A stretch of DNA of 64,000 bases from Aureliella sp. (GCA_963691875.1 OY829846.1:4576001-4640000), one strand, 5' to 3'; positions 28,474 to 38,863 are shown, counted from the stretch's first letter. Notes: generated by a model not told the origin, from the letters alone. Translations and numbers: made by a program.

Positions 28474-30153
28474 TTATTGAGCTGCAGCAGGTTGAAGAAG
28501 GGTAAAGCGTTTGCCGGGTGCGAGTACTTCCTCGGTCAAATTAGTGCTCCCGAGCCATTGCATTTTCACTGTGACATCAGCTTCAGAAGACGGCAAGCCA
28601 AAATGCAGCACATGGGAACTCTCAGTTTGGTAACTATGCCCGGAACGGGCTTGCATGCGTTGTGACACTCCGTCTTGGATTACTGTAACCATAGCACCTA
28701 GTCCATCTCGATTGCTGGAAGTTCCGACGAGTCGGAGTTGAATGAAGCTTTGACCTTCGGATTGATTACGAATGAGTTGCGGTGACTGGCGCGAATTCAA
28801 GATGAGCAAATCTTGTCGTCCGTCCAGGTCGAAATCGGCAGTCGCAGCACCTCGGCTTGAGGCACGCGCTACTGCCGCATCGCCCCATTGATCTTTCAAG
28901 TCCCGAGGTTTGCCGTCGGCCGAACCTTGCAGCATAAAATTCTGCGCGAGATAACCACGACTGCCAATTCCACCCCGCGAGCTGTTTTGCTCATCGAGGT
29001 CGCCGGCAGCGATAAAAACGTCGGTAGCTCCATCGTTGTTGAAATCGCAGGCGACGACGCCCCAGGTAACATCAGAAAAGGTGGACTGCGAGGAGCCAGT
29101 CTGCAACGTACGGTCGCTAAAAAAACCAGAATCATCATTCCGGTAGAAAACCGCAAACTCTCGCGAGAACGAGGTCGCAAAAACATCCAGTTTCAGGTCC
29201 CGGTCTAGGTCGAGGAGCTCGATACCCATTGAGGCTTGTGGCTTGGCTTTGTAGTCATAGGCCAAGCCTGCAATCAGACTTGATTCCTGAAACTGGTTCT
29301 TTCCGGTGTTCTCGTAAAGATAATTCTGTTCGGTATCGTTGGCGACCAAGATATCGATATCGCCGTCTTCGCCGTAATCAAAAGTGAGGATGCCCATGCT
29401 GCGCCCAGCAACACTTGAAATACCAGAGCTCTCAGAGATATCTCTAAATCTTCCGTCACCTAAATTCTCGAGCAGCTGATCCGAGTCGGCCTGCAGGCTC
29501 AATGGGGTAGGATAGTCGGGGAGGCCCTTGAAGTAGTGGATCTTGTGGTTGGAAAAGTCTTCGCGGATGTAGTTTGCAATAAAAAGGTCAAGGTCTCCAT
29601 CCGCATCCGTATCAACGAAGCTTGCACCGGCACCAATTCGCTGGGGCGAATCAATATCCTTCAGCTTAACTAGGGCAAAAGTTCCATCACCCTGGTTACG
29701 ATATAGCGAGTTGGCACCTCCATTGTTGACAAATACATCTGGCCATCCGTCGTTGTCATAGTCGCCGGTCGCAACACCCATCCCGAAACCGATATCACCC
29801 AAGCCGGAATCTTGCGTCACGTCCGTGAAGCGGAAGTTACCTTCGTTTCGATACAGTACATTGCAGTGTTCTGTGTCCGAGACGATTGTATTGCCTTTGA
29901 ACTGTTCCAGTGAAGTTCCATTGAGCAAATAGATGTCCTCGTCGCCGTCTAGATCGTAGTCGAAGAGTGCTAAGCCCGCACTGAGAGACTCCATAATGAA
30001 GAACTCGCCAGCGCTACCGTCAAAGTGTTTGAAGGTGATTCCGCTGCCTTCTGTCGCATCGGTCATGCGAATCGTCTCTTGCGCACTTGTGAGGGAACAG
30101 AAACCGAATGCTGAAAGCAGTGGGGCAAAACAGAAGGGAAAAAGCTTCATCAT
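28474..30153 (-). CDS. CRTAC1 family protein (FG-GAP + ASPIC/UnbV)
   Basis: Signal peptide, DYD.DG repeats and SNRDGLGA...GHSYQ...LHFGL. Confidence 0.88.
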   Translation of the reverse strand: MMKLFPFCFAPLLSAFGFCSLTSAQETIRMTDATEGSGITFKHFDGSAGEFFIMESLSAGLALFDYDLDGDEDIYLLNGTSLEQFKGNTIVSDTEHCNVLYRNEGNFRFTDVTQDSGLGDIGFGMGVATGDYDNDGWPDVFVNNGGANSLYRNQGDGTFALVKLKDIDSPQRIGAGASFVDTDADGDLDLFIANYIREDFSNHKIHYFKGLPDYPTPLSLQADSDQLLENLGDGRFRDISESSGISSVAGRSMGILTFDYGEDGDIDILVANDTEQNYLYENTGKNQFQESSLIAGLAYDYKAKPQASMGIELLDLDRDLKLDVFATSFSREFAVFYRNDDSGFFSDRTLQTGSSQSTFSDVTWGVVACDFNNDGATDVFIAAGDLDEQNSSRGGIGSRGYLAQNFMLQGSADGKPRDLKDQWGDAAVARASSRGAATADFDLDGRQDLLILNSRQSPQLIRNQSEGQSFIQLRLVGTSSNRDGLGAMVTVIQDGVSQRMQARSGHSYQTESSHVLHFGLPSSEADVTVKMQWLGSTNLTEEVLAPGKRFTLLQPAAAQ

Positions 30154-30196
30154 TGTTGAGAGCAATCACACGTGCAGAGGTTGGGCGCGATCGCGC

Positions 30197-31732
30197 TTAC
30201 GGGGTTTGCGGCCTAAATGTTGCATTACGAGAACGCGGTATGTTTAGCAGTTGAGCATACTGTGGGTTGCCGGGATCCATCACGATCGCGCGCTCCAGGG
30301 TCCTGATGGCTTGATCTCGCTGACCAGCGAATTCTTGCGCGGAAGCCAGCAGTAGAAAGGCTTGCGGGGATGCTCGCAGTTCCACTACGTGCTGTGCAAG
30401 TTTTAATGCCTCAGCTGGTCTTGGAACTTGACTCATAAAGAATTGGCTGCAGGCAGCCGCAGCCTCGACGTCTTCAGGATTCGCAGTTGTGAATTGAATC
30501 AATCGTTGAGCAGCTTCGTCCTGCTTGCCGGCCTGAAGGAACAGATTAACGGCATCTCGGGTGAGAATAAATTGCTTTGGATGCAACTTCGCGATCTCAT
30601 CCAGATACTCGATGGCACTTGAGAAGTCATTGCGTCTGGCAAACAACAGCGAAAGTATCTGGCGGCAGTCGATGTTCTTTTCGTCAAGGTGGTAAGCGCG
30701 CTCAAGCATTCTATGGCTGATCGTCGCCAGCTGTTCTTCAAGAAACAGTCTTGCTAGGTCGGAGCACAATTTTGAAACGGCTTTTCGATTCGCAGTACCG
30801 TCATCGTACTCTCGACGTGCCTTGGTATCTTGCTTAGCGAATTCGGCTTGAAGACGTCGATGCTCCCCAAAGTGCTTCTTAGCCAGATCGGGACTTCCGA
30901 GACGACTGTACGTCCTGCCTAATTCCAGGTGAACCGAGCGCTGGTCAGGAGCCAGCTCAAGTGCTTTCTCCAGTTGCTCTTTGGCGGACTCTAGCTCATC
31001 AAGTTGCAGAAGTACACACGCGTACTCGACCCGCGCCTCAGGATTCTGTGGATAGTCGGCGACGATTTTTCCTAGAACATCGGAAGAATCTTCAATCTCG
31101 GCAGCATCGAGTAATGCAACGCCTAGCTCCAGTCGGTAGTTCGGATTGCCGGGTTCGAGCTGCAGAGCTTGGCGGCTATACCGCACTACTGCTTCGAAAT
31201 CACCTTCCTGTTTGGCGACTTGCAAAAGGCCTTCGATGACCGTGAGGTTGGAAGCATTCTGTTCGAGCAGGTCTTGCCAGATTTTCTTTGCTTGCGAGGC
31301 GTCGCCGAATTCCAGCATGAATTGAGCTTGAAGGTGATGGGCGGCTTCGGAGTCGTGCAGCGTCTGCGTAGCCAGTTGGAGCAAGGCCTCCCCTTCCTTC
31401 AGCAACGCGACAGTTTCGTCTGGCACATTCTGGCTAGGCGTCAACTTGAGGAGTGCGTCTAGAGTCTTTTGCTCCACTTCGGAGACCGGTGGCGGCGGAA
31501 GGAGATCGGGGACGCTGTAAGCTGCAGTGGCTTGTTGCGTATTCTGTTGAGAAGAGGTCGTGTCTGGATTGGTTGCTTGATCGCCCTGCGCGACGTCTAC
31601 TGCTGGATTGTCTTCTTCCTTCGACTTGCGACTGCAGCCCAGATTTGTGGAGACAGCTGGTAGGCAGAAGCAGAGGGTAACGCAGACCCCAAAGGACCAG
31701 GAGAGGGGACGAATGTGCCTTGTCGTATCCAT
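30197..31732 (-). CDS. tetratricopeptide repeat protein, possible lipoprotein
   Basis: Hydrophobic N-region ending NLGC, a Gln/Thr/Pro linker and many TPR repeats. Confidence 0.8.
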   Translation of the reverse strand: MDTTRHIRPLSWSFGVCVTLCFCLPAVSTNLGCSRKSKEEDNPAVDVAQGDQATNPDTTSSQQNTQQATAAYSVPDLLPPPPVSEVEQKTLDALLKLTPSQNVPDETVALLKEGEALLQLATQTLHDSEAAHHLQAQFMLEFGDASQAKKIWQDLLEQNASNLTVIEGLLQVAKQEGDFEAVVRYSRQALQLEPGNPNYRLELGVALLDAAEIEDSSDVLGKIVADYPQNPEARVEYACVLLQLDELESAKEQLEKALELAPDQRSVHLELGRTYSRLGSPDLAKKHFGEHRRLQAEFAKQDTKARREYDDGTANRKAVSKLCSDLARLFLEEQLATISHRMLERAYHLDEKNIDCRQILSLLFARRNDFSSAIEYLDEIAKLHPKQFILTRDAVNLFLQAGKQDEAAQRLIQFTTANPEDVEAAAACSQFFMSQVPRPAEALKLAQHVVELRASPQAFLLLASAQEFAGQRDQAIRTLERAIVMDPGNPQYAQLLNIPRSRNATFRPQTP

Positions 31733-31865
31733 CGGAAACCTAGGGCCCGCAGGACTTGTTGAAGGAAGACAGCTGTCCCGATCTCGAACGAGGAACAACT
31801 TGGTCTAGAATATAGCCGAATTCACTTTGTATCTATTATGACTCAAGCCTTATCCTGGAGCTTGG

Positions 31866-34166
31866 ATGCCCAAGAACAGCCGCAGTTCCGGTCGTAATTC
31901 TCCCTCGGTGAGAAGAAATCAGGAGCCACTTGCTGCTGCACAAGGGGAGAATGTCTCTGTAAGATTTGGGGGTGGTGATCTTGGGCCAACGCTGTGGTTT
32001 GCGGGGTTGACGTGTGCTTTCATTGCCTACTTCTGCTGGTATTTATCGCAGCCATCTTTTTTTGCCGCTGCTTTTGACCCTGCCGAAGGTGCTGATCACT
32101 CTCGGTTTCTTGACCTATTTCTGTTTCCTGCAAGCGCTGCACAGACTTTTCTATTTTTTCCAGGTGGCTTGGATCGCCTACCGTATATTTTGCTTGGATT
32201 CAGTTGGCTCAGTGCCGCTGCCTGGATCGGATGGCCACTGGTGCGGTGTGTTGTACCCGTTGTTTGGTATGGCCCCGAGGCGAGCACTCGAGCGGCGCGG
32301 TTGGTAGCTGGCAGTCTCTCTGTCTTGGTGGGTTTGTCGCTTTTGTCGACCATGGTCCTTATGATCGGACTGGCTGGCGGGTTAGGAAGCAGAGCGGTCC
32401 TGCTGCTTAGCCTTGCGTCATTGTTAGTGATTGCCGATTGCATTCGGCGTTTCGGGCCGAAGCCTAGTGCGGCCGAAGATGATGAGTTGGCTGGCGAGGA
32501 ATTCGAGCCAAACAGCATTGGCATGGTCTGGTCTTGCCGGTTTACAGCGCTTGTCACCGTTGGCATGGCGTTTTTCTACGTGCTTGGAAGCTTGGTTCCA
32601 GCCTGGGAATTTGATGTGTTGGAGTATCACCTTCAAGCACCCAAGGAGTTCTATCAGGCAGGCTGTATCGACTTTGTTCCTCACAACGTTTACGCCAATA
32701 TGCCGCTAGGCGTCGAAATGCATAGCTTGGCCATGATGGTCTTATGGGGAGGTGACGTTGGATGGTGGCACGGCGGCATTGCTGGCAAGCTGATTATTGG
32801 TGTTCATGCACTGTTGGCGGCCGCCTTGGTAGGTGGTTTTGTTACGCAGCGTAATGGTTCGCACTTGGGTTGGTTTTGTGCGGCATTGATCTTTACGATG
32901 CCCGGCAACGCACATGTTTCTTTTGCAGGATTGATTGACACCGCCTTGGGTGCGTATGTTTTGGCCGCGCTGATGTGTTTCTTTTTCCTTTGGCGATCGA
33001 AGGAAGAAACAACTTCGATTCAGACACGATTGTGTCAAGCTCTAGCGATTGGTTGCTTGTCAGGCGCGGCTTGCGCATGCAAGTATCCAGGGCTGTTGTT
33101 TGCTGTTTTTCCTGCTGCAGCCATGTTGTTGTGGTCCATTTGGCGAGCCGAGTGGAAAGCTGGTGTTGTGATTGGCGGGTTCGCTCTAGGGCTACTGATG
33201 ACTTGCGCTCCCTGGTTCGCTCGCAATGCGGTGCAAAGTCAAAACCCGGTGTTTCCAGTTGCTCATTCCGTTTTTGGTGGACGAGGATTGACCGAAGATC
33301 AGGTAGAACGCTGGAGCAATGTGCACAGTCCAAGTGCCAAAGCGGAGATTCCGGCCTTCTCGCTCGCAGCGATCCAGCGAGACTTGAAACAAGTCGCCGT
33401 CGGATCTCCCTTCACCAACCTTGCCTTGAACTTTTTCGCCATCCTGTCAATTGGCGCTTTGGTTCAGCAATACCGCCGCTCCGCAAATTTATCGGCAGAC
33501 TGGCTTTGGTTGATCTTCGTCATTTGGATTTTTGGGCTGTGGTGGCTTGTGACGCATCGGATTGACCGGTTCTGGCTACCAGCGGTACCTTTCATCGCGA
33601 TTCTTGCCAGTAAGGGCGCAATTTGGACGGCTCAGGTCAGCTCGTCATCAATGGCTATTTTCGCCATGTCGCTTTGGATTTGCATTGGTGGTTTAGCTGT
33701 GCTGGCTGGAATTGGTCCGACAGACTGTCGCATTTTTGTTCCGTTGGCGCAGTTTGAACGCGAAACTCTGGAGGAGACTCCCGACGGTGCTGTCAATCCA
33801 ACGATGGCGTGGATAAATCGCAACTTAAGTGCTGAGGACAATCTGCTATGCATTGGTGAGGTCAAGGCCTTCTTGTACCGAGTCCCTATTATCTACAGCA
33901 CTTGCTTCAACGATGCACCGGGAGAAAGTTGGCTCCGTGACCAATCTTCGGAGGAGCAACAGGAGAATCTCCGTGCCAACGGTGTGACCCATGTTATGGT
34001 CGATTGGTACGAGATCGAACGCTACCGCAGTCCCGGTAACTATGGCTTCAGTGATTGGCCTGTTCAGTCTGACTTCAAAGCGATGGTAGAAGCGGGGGTT
34101 CTGAGGCCTATGCAACATCCTTTTCCTGCAGATCGCGTCGAGATTTTTGAGGTGGCGCGAAAGTGA
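31866..34166 (+). CDS. GT-C fold polytopic membrane glycosyltransferase-like protein (ArnT/PMT-like)
   Basis: More than 12 TM helices, a FDVLEYHL loop motif, ACKY and PWF.RN....NPVFP, and a C-terminal soluble domain. Confidence 0.6.
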   Translation: MPKNSRSSGRNSPSVRRNQEPLAAAQGENVSVRFGGGDLGPTLWFAGLTCAFIAYFCWYLSQPSFFAAAFDPAEGADHSRFLDLFLFPASAAQTFLFFPGGLDRLPYILLGFSWLSAAAWIGWPLVRCVVPVVWYGPEASTRAARLVAGSLSVLVGLSLLSTMVLMIGLAGGLGSRAVLLLSLASLLVIADCIRRFGPKPSAAEDDELAGEEFEPNSIGMVWSCRFTALVTVGMAFFYVLGSLVPAWEFDVLEYHLQAPKEFYQAGCIDFVPHNVYANMPLGVEMHSLAMMVLWGGDVGWWHGGIAGKLIIGVHALLAAALVGGFVTQRNGSHLGWFCAALIFTMPGNAHVSFAGLIDTALGAYVLAALMCFFFLWRSKEETTSIQTRLCQALAIGCLSGAACACKYPGLLFAVFPAAAMLLWSIWRAEWKAGVVIGGFALGLLMTCAPWFARNAVQSQNPVFPVAHSVFGGRGLTEDQVERWSNVHSPSAKAEIPAFSLAAIQRDLKQVAVGSPFTNLALNFFAILSIGALVQQYRRSANLSADWLWLIFVIWIFGLWWLVTHRIDRFWLPAVPFIAILASKGAIWTAQVSSSSMAIFAMSLWICIGGLAVLAGIGPTDCRIFVPLAQFERETLEETPDGAVNPTMAWINRNLSAEDNLLCIGEVKAFLYRVPIIYSTCFNDAPGESWLRDQSSEEQQENLRANGVTHVMVDWYEIERYRSPGNYGFSDWPVQSDFKAMVEAGVLRPMQHPFPADRVEIFEVARK

Positions 34167-34390
34167 TCACGGGCTGCGAGGCGAGGAGTTCGTTTTCAGC
34201 GTTCAGCTGCGTGCGCCGACTTTCTTGCCCTTGGCCTGGCCGATGGCGGTCCGGGTGATGGACATACCGCGAGCAACGGTTCTTTGACTTACCTCGTCCA
34301 TTTTTCGAAGCAGTTTCGCAATCTGCGCCAACTCCGGTATTTCTGCTAAACTGCTGCCAAGTCGTTTAATAGCTCCCGGGGAAGATCGCC

Positions 34391-35575
34391 ATGCGAAGTC
34401 ACAAGAGTCAATTCATCATTTGTTGTCTTGCAGGCTTGATCTGTATGTCGATGGCCGCCGTAGTCATTTCGCAGCAACGAGGACGACCGGGAGGTCGCGG
34501 TGGAAGACGCGGCCCCGAAATGGCCAAACAACCATATGTGGGTGTAGTGACATCGAAGGGCAAGCAAGCTGGTCTTTTCGCGGTCGAGTCATCAGGTGTA
34601 TCGACCGAACCAGTCGTAAAGTCGGCGAGAAAGTTCTTGGCGAGCTTATCCGAACCTCAGCGAGAAAAGACGACCTTTCCGGTCGACGATATCGAATGGC
34701 GGCTGTGGGACAATCGCCATTTCTATAAGCGCCAAGGCGTTGGGTTCAACGAAATGTCTGAAGCACAACGCGAGGCTGCGTTTGCGATGATGTCATCGGC
34801 ACTTAGCGCTAAAGGACTGAAGAAGACACGAGACATCATGAAGCTCAACGGCACGCTTGCTGAGCTTGCCGATAATTTCAACGAATACGGCGAGTGGTTG
34901 TATTGGATCACGATTATGGGCGAGCCTTCGATTGAGAAGCCTTGGGGCTGGCAGCTAGACGGGCACCACGTGGTCATCAACTACTTTGTACTCGGAGATC
35001 AAGTGGTGATGAGTCCCGTGTTCATGGGCTCGGAGCCGGTTGAGGCCAAGGCTGGAAAGTTCAAAGGCACGATTGTCATGCAGGACGAGCAAGACAAGGG
35101 CTTGACGTTCATGCAATCTCTCTCGCAAAACCAGCAGGCCGATGCCATCCTGATGAAAGACAAGTCAGGCAATCACAATCTGTCGGAAGCTTACAAGGAC
35201 AATATTAAGCTAGATTACGCCGGACTGCGATGCAACAGATTGAGTAAAGAGCAAAAGCAGGCTTTCATGTCACTCGTCGAAGAATATGTTGGCAACATGG
35301 AAGCAGGTCATGCCAAGGTGAAAATGTCAGAAGTTGAGAAGCACCTCGACGGCACATACTTTGCATGGATTGGCGGCGCGACTGAGAAAAGTGTTTATTA
35401 CTATCGCGTTCACAGTCCTGTGATTTTGATCGAATTCGATCACCAACGCCGCGTTGCACCCTTTCGTTCGAACGCGCCTACTCGTGAGCACATTCACACC
35501 GTCGTTCGCACGCCCAACGGCAATGACTACGGCAAAGATCTTTTGCGTCAGCACTACGAGCAGCACAAGCATTAG
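34391..35575 (+). CDS. DUF3500 domain-containing protein
   Basis: Signal peptide, [31 protein letters not shown] and [21 protein letters not shown]. Confidence 0.85.
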   Translation: MRSHKSQFIICCLAGLICMSMAAVVISQQRGRPGGRGGRRGPEMAKQPYVGVVTSKGKQAGLFAVESSGVSTEPVVKSARKFLASLSEPQREKTTFPVDDIEWRLWDNRHFYKRQGVGFNEMSEAQREAAFAMMSSALSAKGLKKTRDIMKLNGTLAELADNFNEYGEWLYWITIMGEPSIEKPWGWQLDGHHVVINYFVLGDQVVMSPVFMGSEPVEAKAGKFKGTIVMQDEQDKGLTFMQSLSQNQQADAILMKDKSGNHNLSEAYKDNIKLDYAGLRCNRLSKEQKQAFMSLVEEYVGNMEAGHAKVKMSEVEKHLDGTYFAWIGGATEKSVYYYRVHSPVILIEFDHQRRVAPFRSNAPTREHIHTVVRTPNGNDYGKDLLRQHYEQHKH

Positions 35576-35624
35576 TTCCCCACGGGCGGGCGAGTCTTCC
35601 AGCAAACGAAGGGAAGCGAGAAAG

Positions 35625-36110
35625 TTGATACGGCATCGCGGTGCAGATCAGTTTCGGCGGTTTCTGGTTTTCTTGGCGCTCGCAGTCTCCTTCGGTGGCT
35701 TTCTGTTTTATGCGGGCGTAGTTGTTCCAGCTGGAACCAGCGTAATTGGGGCGAATACTCAAGGATTTGTGACGCAACTGGTCACTCGTATCCTCAATCT
35801 TTCCGTGCTGGTCACCGTACTTCTGCTCACTTGGGATATTGTTGTCTCGCTAAGTCATCGAAGCACAGCCGCCAATCGCTGCTTGGTAGTGTGCACGATT
35901 CTGATTGGACTCAGCTGTTTGACTCTGATTTGGTTGCATCAACGATTGGATAGTATGCTTGATGCTGAAAAGTTTGCGGTTTTGGAGGACGAGGCTTTCT
36001 ACGGGCTTCACAGGATCTACCTCTGGACCAGTACCATTCAGTGGTTATGCTCACTTCCAGTCTCCTGGATCTTCGCCAGCACGGGGATTGAATCTGATCC
36101 GACTGAATGA
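35625..36110 (+). CDS. hypothetical 4-TM membrane protein (DUF4149-like)
   Basis: GG.LFYA.VVVP and FY.LHR.Y motifs with 4 TM helices. The start is inferred after the DUF3500 stop. Confidence 0.65.
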   Translation: MIRHRGADQFRRFLVFLALAVSFGGFLFYAGVVVPAGTSVIGANTQGFVTQLVTRILNLSVLVTVLLLTWDIVVSLSHRSTAANRCLVVCTILIGLSCLTLIWLHQRLDSMLDAEKFAVLEDEAFYGLHRIYLWTSTIQWLCSLPVSWIFASTGIESDPTE

Positions 36111-36192
36111 AGAAGTCGACGATTCGGACATTTTGTCCATTACTCATATGAACCGTCACATGGCGGCCTAGGAATAAACTTCTACAAAATCT

Positions 36193-36873
36193 GTGGCTCC
36201 AACCTACGTCATTCCGTTCGTCCTCTACTTGCTGGGCACAGCATTCATTGCCAGGTTTGGTGATGAGAATTACCCGATCTGCTACACGGTCGTAGCAGTC
36301 GTAGTTGGTGGTTCGATTCTTTATTTGCTGCGCGGAAAGCAAATTCTGAGACTACACTTCCGCGTCGGCTGGGGTGTGGCAGCGGGATTAGTTGGTATCG
36401 CGCTCTGGATTGCGCTTTGTCATTTGCATCCTGAGAAACAGCTGACAGCGCTCTTGCCGGACTTCCTGCGTGTAAGAGTCGAGCCATCCGAGCGAGTGGG
36501 CTATAACCCCCTTGAACACCTGAGTGCAGGGTTTCAAATCTGGTCATTCATTGCTGTGAGATTGGTCGGTATCGCAGTCTTGGTACCGATTGCCGAGGAG
36601 TTGTTCTGGCGTGGATTTTTGTTGCGTTGGCTCATTGATCCTGAGTGGGAGAAGATCAAGCTCGGCGAGTACACGCATCATTCTTGTGCGATCGTGGTGC
36701 TGATGTTTACGGTCGCGCATCCAGAGTGGCTTGCTGCAGCGAGCTACTGTTTGCTGATCAATGGGTTGCTCTACTGGAAGAAAGATCTTTGGCTGTGCGT
36801 GGTCGCGCATGCGGTCAGCAATCTTGTGTTGGCAATCTACGTCCTGCAAACCGGCCACTGGTGGCTGTGGTAG
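36193..36873 (+). CDS. CAAX prenyl protease-related (CPBP/Abi) intramembrane protease, PEP-CTERM-associated type
   Basis: VPIAEELFWRGFL, F..AH and AHAVSN motifs with an N-terminal Y.IPF. Confidence 0.85.
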   Translation: MAPTYVIPFVLYLLGTAFIARFGDENYPICYTVVAVVVGGSILYLLRGKQILRLHFRVGWGVAAGLVGIALWIALCHLHPEKQLTALLPDFLRVRVEPSERVGYNPLEHLSAGFQIWSFIAVRLVGIAVLVPIAEELFWRGFLLRWLIDPEWEKIKLGEYTHHSCAIVVLMFTVAHPEWLAAASYCLLINGLLYWKKDLWLCVVAHAVSNLVLAIYVLQTGHWWLW

Positions 36874-36913
36874 AATCCCTGCTGTTGTTCTTCAGTCGAA
36901 CAGGAGCTTGGTG

Positions 36914-38278
36914 ATGCGATTCTCTCGGACATTTCTTCTTTGCCTGGCTGGAATGCTCTCCGCCTCGCAGGTTAGCCCGTTTTGTTATGCTCAGTCGGCG
37001 ACGCCTCAGAAGCAGCCGAATTTGATCTACATAATGGTCGACGACTTGGGCTATGGTGATCTCGGTTGTTTTGGCCAGAAAGTCATTCAGACGCCGAATC
37101 TGGATCGCATGGCCGCTGAGGGCATGAAGCTGACGAGTTACTACGCATGTTGCACCGTTTGTCGCCCTTCACGTCTGGGCTTGTGGACTGGTCAGCATAT
37201 GGGCCACACAGCGATTGACTCCAATGCAAAGTACGTTTTTCAGCCTGAGGATGTCACTGTTGCTGAATTATTGAAAGAAGCTGGCTACGTGACGGGTGGA
37301 GTCGGTAAGTGGGCCATGGGGGGACAAAATACCCCAGGTAACCCTAATAGCAATGGCTTCGATTTCTGGATGGGCTATCTCGATCAGAGCGAGGCGCACA
37401 ATTACTATCCAACGCATCTGTATCGCAACAACGATAGGTATCCACTGAAAGGAAACGTCATTGGTGACTATCCGAATGGCCGTGAGCGGGTTGCTTCCAA
37501 GCGAGTAACGTATTCACACGATGTGATGACCGAGCAAATGCTGGGCTTCATCCGGAAGTATCATCGGCGGCCATTCTTGATGCACGTCCACTGGACGATT
37601 CCGCATGCTAATAACGAAGGTGGTCGAGTTAAAGGTGATGGGATGGAAGTCCCTGACTACGGGATTTATGAACGAGAAGACTGGCCCAATGTTGAGAAGG
37701 GCCAAGCGGCGATGATTACTCGGATGGACAAAGACGTTGGTCGTCTAGTCAGTTTGTTGAAGGCTCTGGAGCTTGTGGACACTACGTTGATTGTCTTTAC
37801 TTCGGACAACGGTCCGCACAGTGAAGGAGGGCACAAGCACGAGTATTTTGATGCCAACGGGCCATTGCGAGGCTTCAAACGGGACTTGTACGAAGGCGGA
37901 ATTCGTGCTCCAACAATCGCATGGTGGCCAGGCAAGATCAAGCCAGGGAGTGTTAGCGACGAGCCACTTGCTGGATATGACTGGATGGCGACCGCCTGTG
38001 AACTGGCAGGTGCGAAGGCGCCGGATGATACCGACGGGATTTCATTCTTGCCCACCCTACTTGGCAAAGAGCAGAAGAGTCACGACTATCTCTACTGGAG
38101 CTACGGCGAGAAGAAGGCGATTCGCCAAGGCAAATGGAAAGCCGTTATTCCAGGCAAAGGAAAATCGCTGGAGCTCTACGATCTCGATAAAGACATTGGA
38201 GAGCAAAATAATGTATCGGAAGGTCATGCCGAGGTGGTTGCCGCTCTCACGCAGGCAATGGAAGAAGCCACCAAATAA
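36914..38278 (+). CDS. arylsulfatase (Cys-type formylglycine sulfatase)
   Basis: Signal peptide, PN.I.IM.DDLGYGD, CRPSR, GKW, FTSDNG and LYEGGIR.P. Confidence 0.92.
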   Translation: MRFSRTFLLCLAGMLSASQVSPFCYAQSATPQKQPNLIYIMVDDLGYGDLGCFGQKVIQTPNLDRMAAEGMKLTSYYACCTVCRPSRLGLWTGQHMGHTAIDSNAKYVFQPEDVTVAELLKEAGYVTGGVGKWAMGGQNTPGNPNSNGFDFWMGYLDQSEAHNYYPTHLYRNNDRYPLKGNVIGDYPNGRERVASKRVTYSHDVMTEQMLGFIRKYHRRPFLMHVHWTIPHANNEGGRVKGDGMEVPDYGIYEREDWPNVEKGQAAMITRMDKDVGRLVSLLKALELVDTTLIVFTSDNGPHSEGGHKHEYFDANGPLRGFKRDLYEGGIRAPTIAWWPGKIKPGSVSDEPLAGYDWMATACELAGAKAPDDTDGISFLPTLLGKEQKSHDYLYWSYGEKKAIRQGKWKAVIPGKGKSLELYDLDKDIGEQNNVSEGHAEVVAALTQAMEEATK

Positions 38279-38341
38279 AGGTGGCTCGCAAACTCGCCAA
38301 GAGAATTCTGATATCGTTTCTCTGTTTATGAGAGATATTTG

Positions 38342-38863
38342 ATGTGTTTCGAACAACGTCCTGGTGATCATGAGTGCTTTGACTATCATCGAGACTATGT
38401 TGCCAAAGTGCCAGATGGGAACATTCTGGAAACACTAACAGCTCAGCTGGAGTCGATAACTGCCTACATCGAGGCGATTCCATCGAATCAACTCGGCGTT
38501 GTGCATGCTCCCTACGGATGGTCAGTTCGTACTGTCATCGAACACTGCTGCGATGCGGAACGAGTTTTCGGATATCGCGCACTGCGCTTTGCAACGGGCG
38601 ACCAAACAGATCTGCCGGGCTGGGACGAGAATCACTATGCAAGTTGTGGATATGGTCATGAGCTTGGAACTGCCGATCTGGCTGCAGAGTATCGAAATCT
38701 GCGGCAGTCGAATCTGAGTTTGCTGCATCGCCTGAAGCCCGAAGCGTTCGAAGGCATCGGGCTCGCCGATGGCCGCAAAGTTTCTGTTCGCACGGTGGCT
38801 TGGCTGATGGCCGGACACTGGATCCACCACCAAGCGATTCTAAAGAAACGTTTAGTAAGTTAG
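38342..38863 (+). CDS. DinB family protein
   Basis: WSVR.VIEH..DAERVF.YRALRF and AGH..HH. Confidence 0.85.
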   Translation: MCFEQRPGDHECFDYHRDYVAKVPDGNILETLTAQLESITAYIEAIPSNQLGVVHAPYGWSVRTVIEHCCDAERVFGYRALRFATGDQTDLPGWDENHYASCGYGHELGTADLAAEYRNLRQSNLSLLHRLKPEAFEGIGLADGRKVSVRTVAWLMAGHWIHHQAILKKRLVS

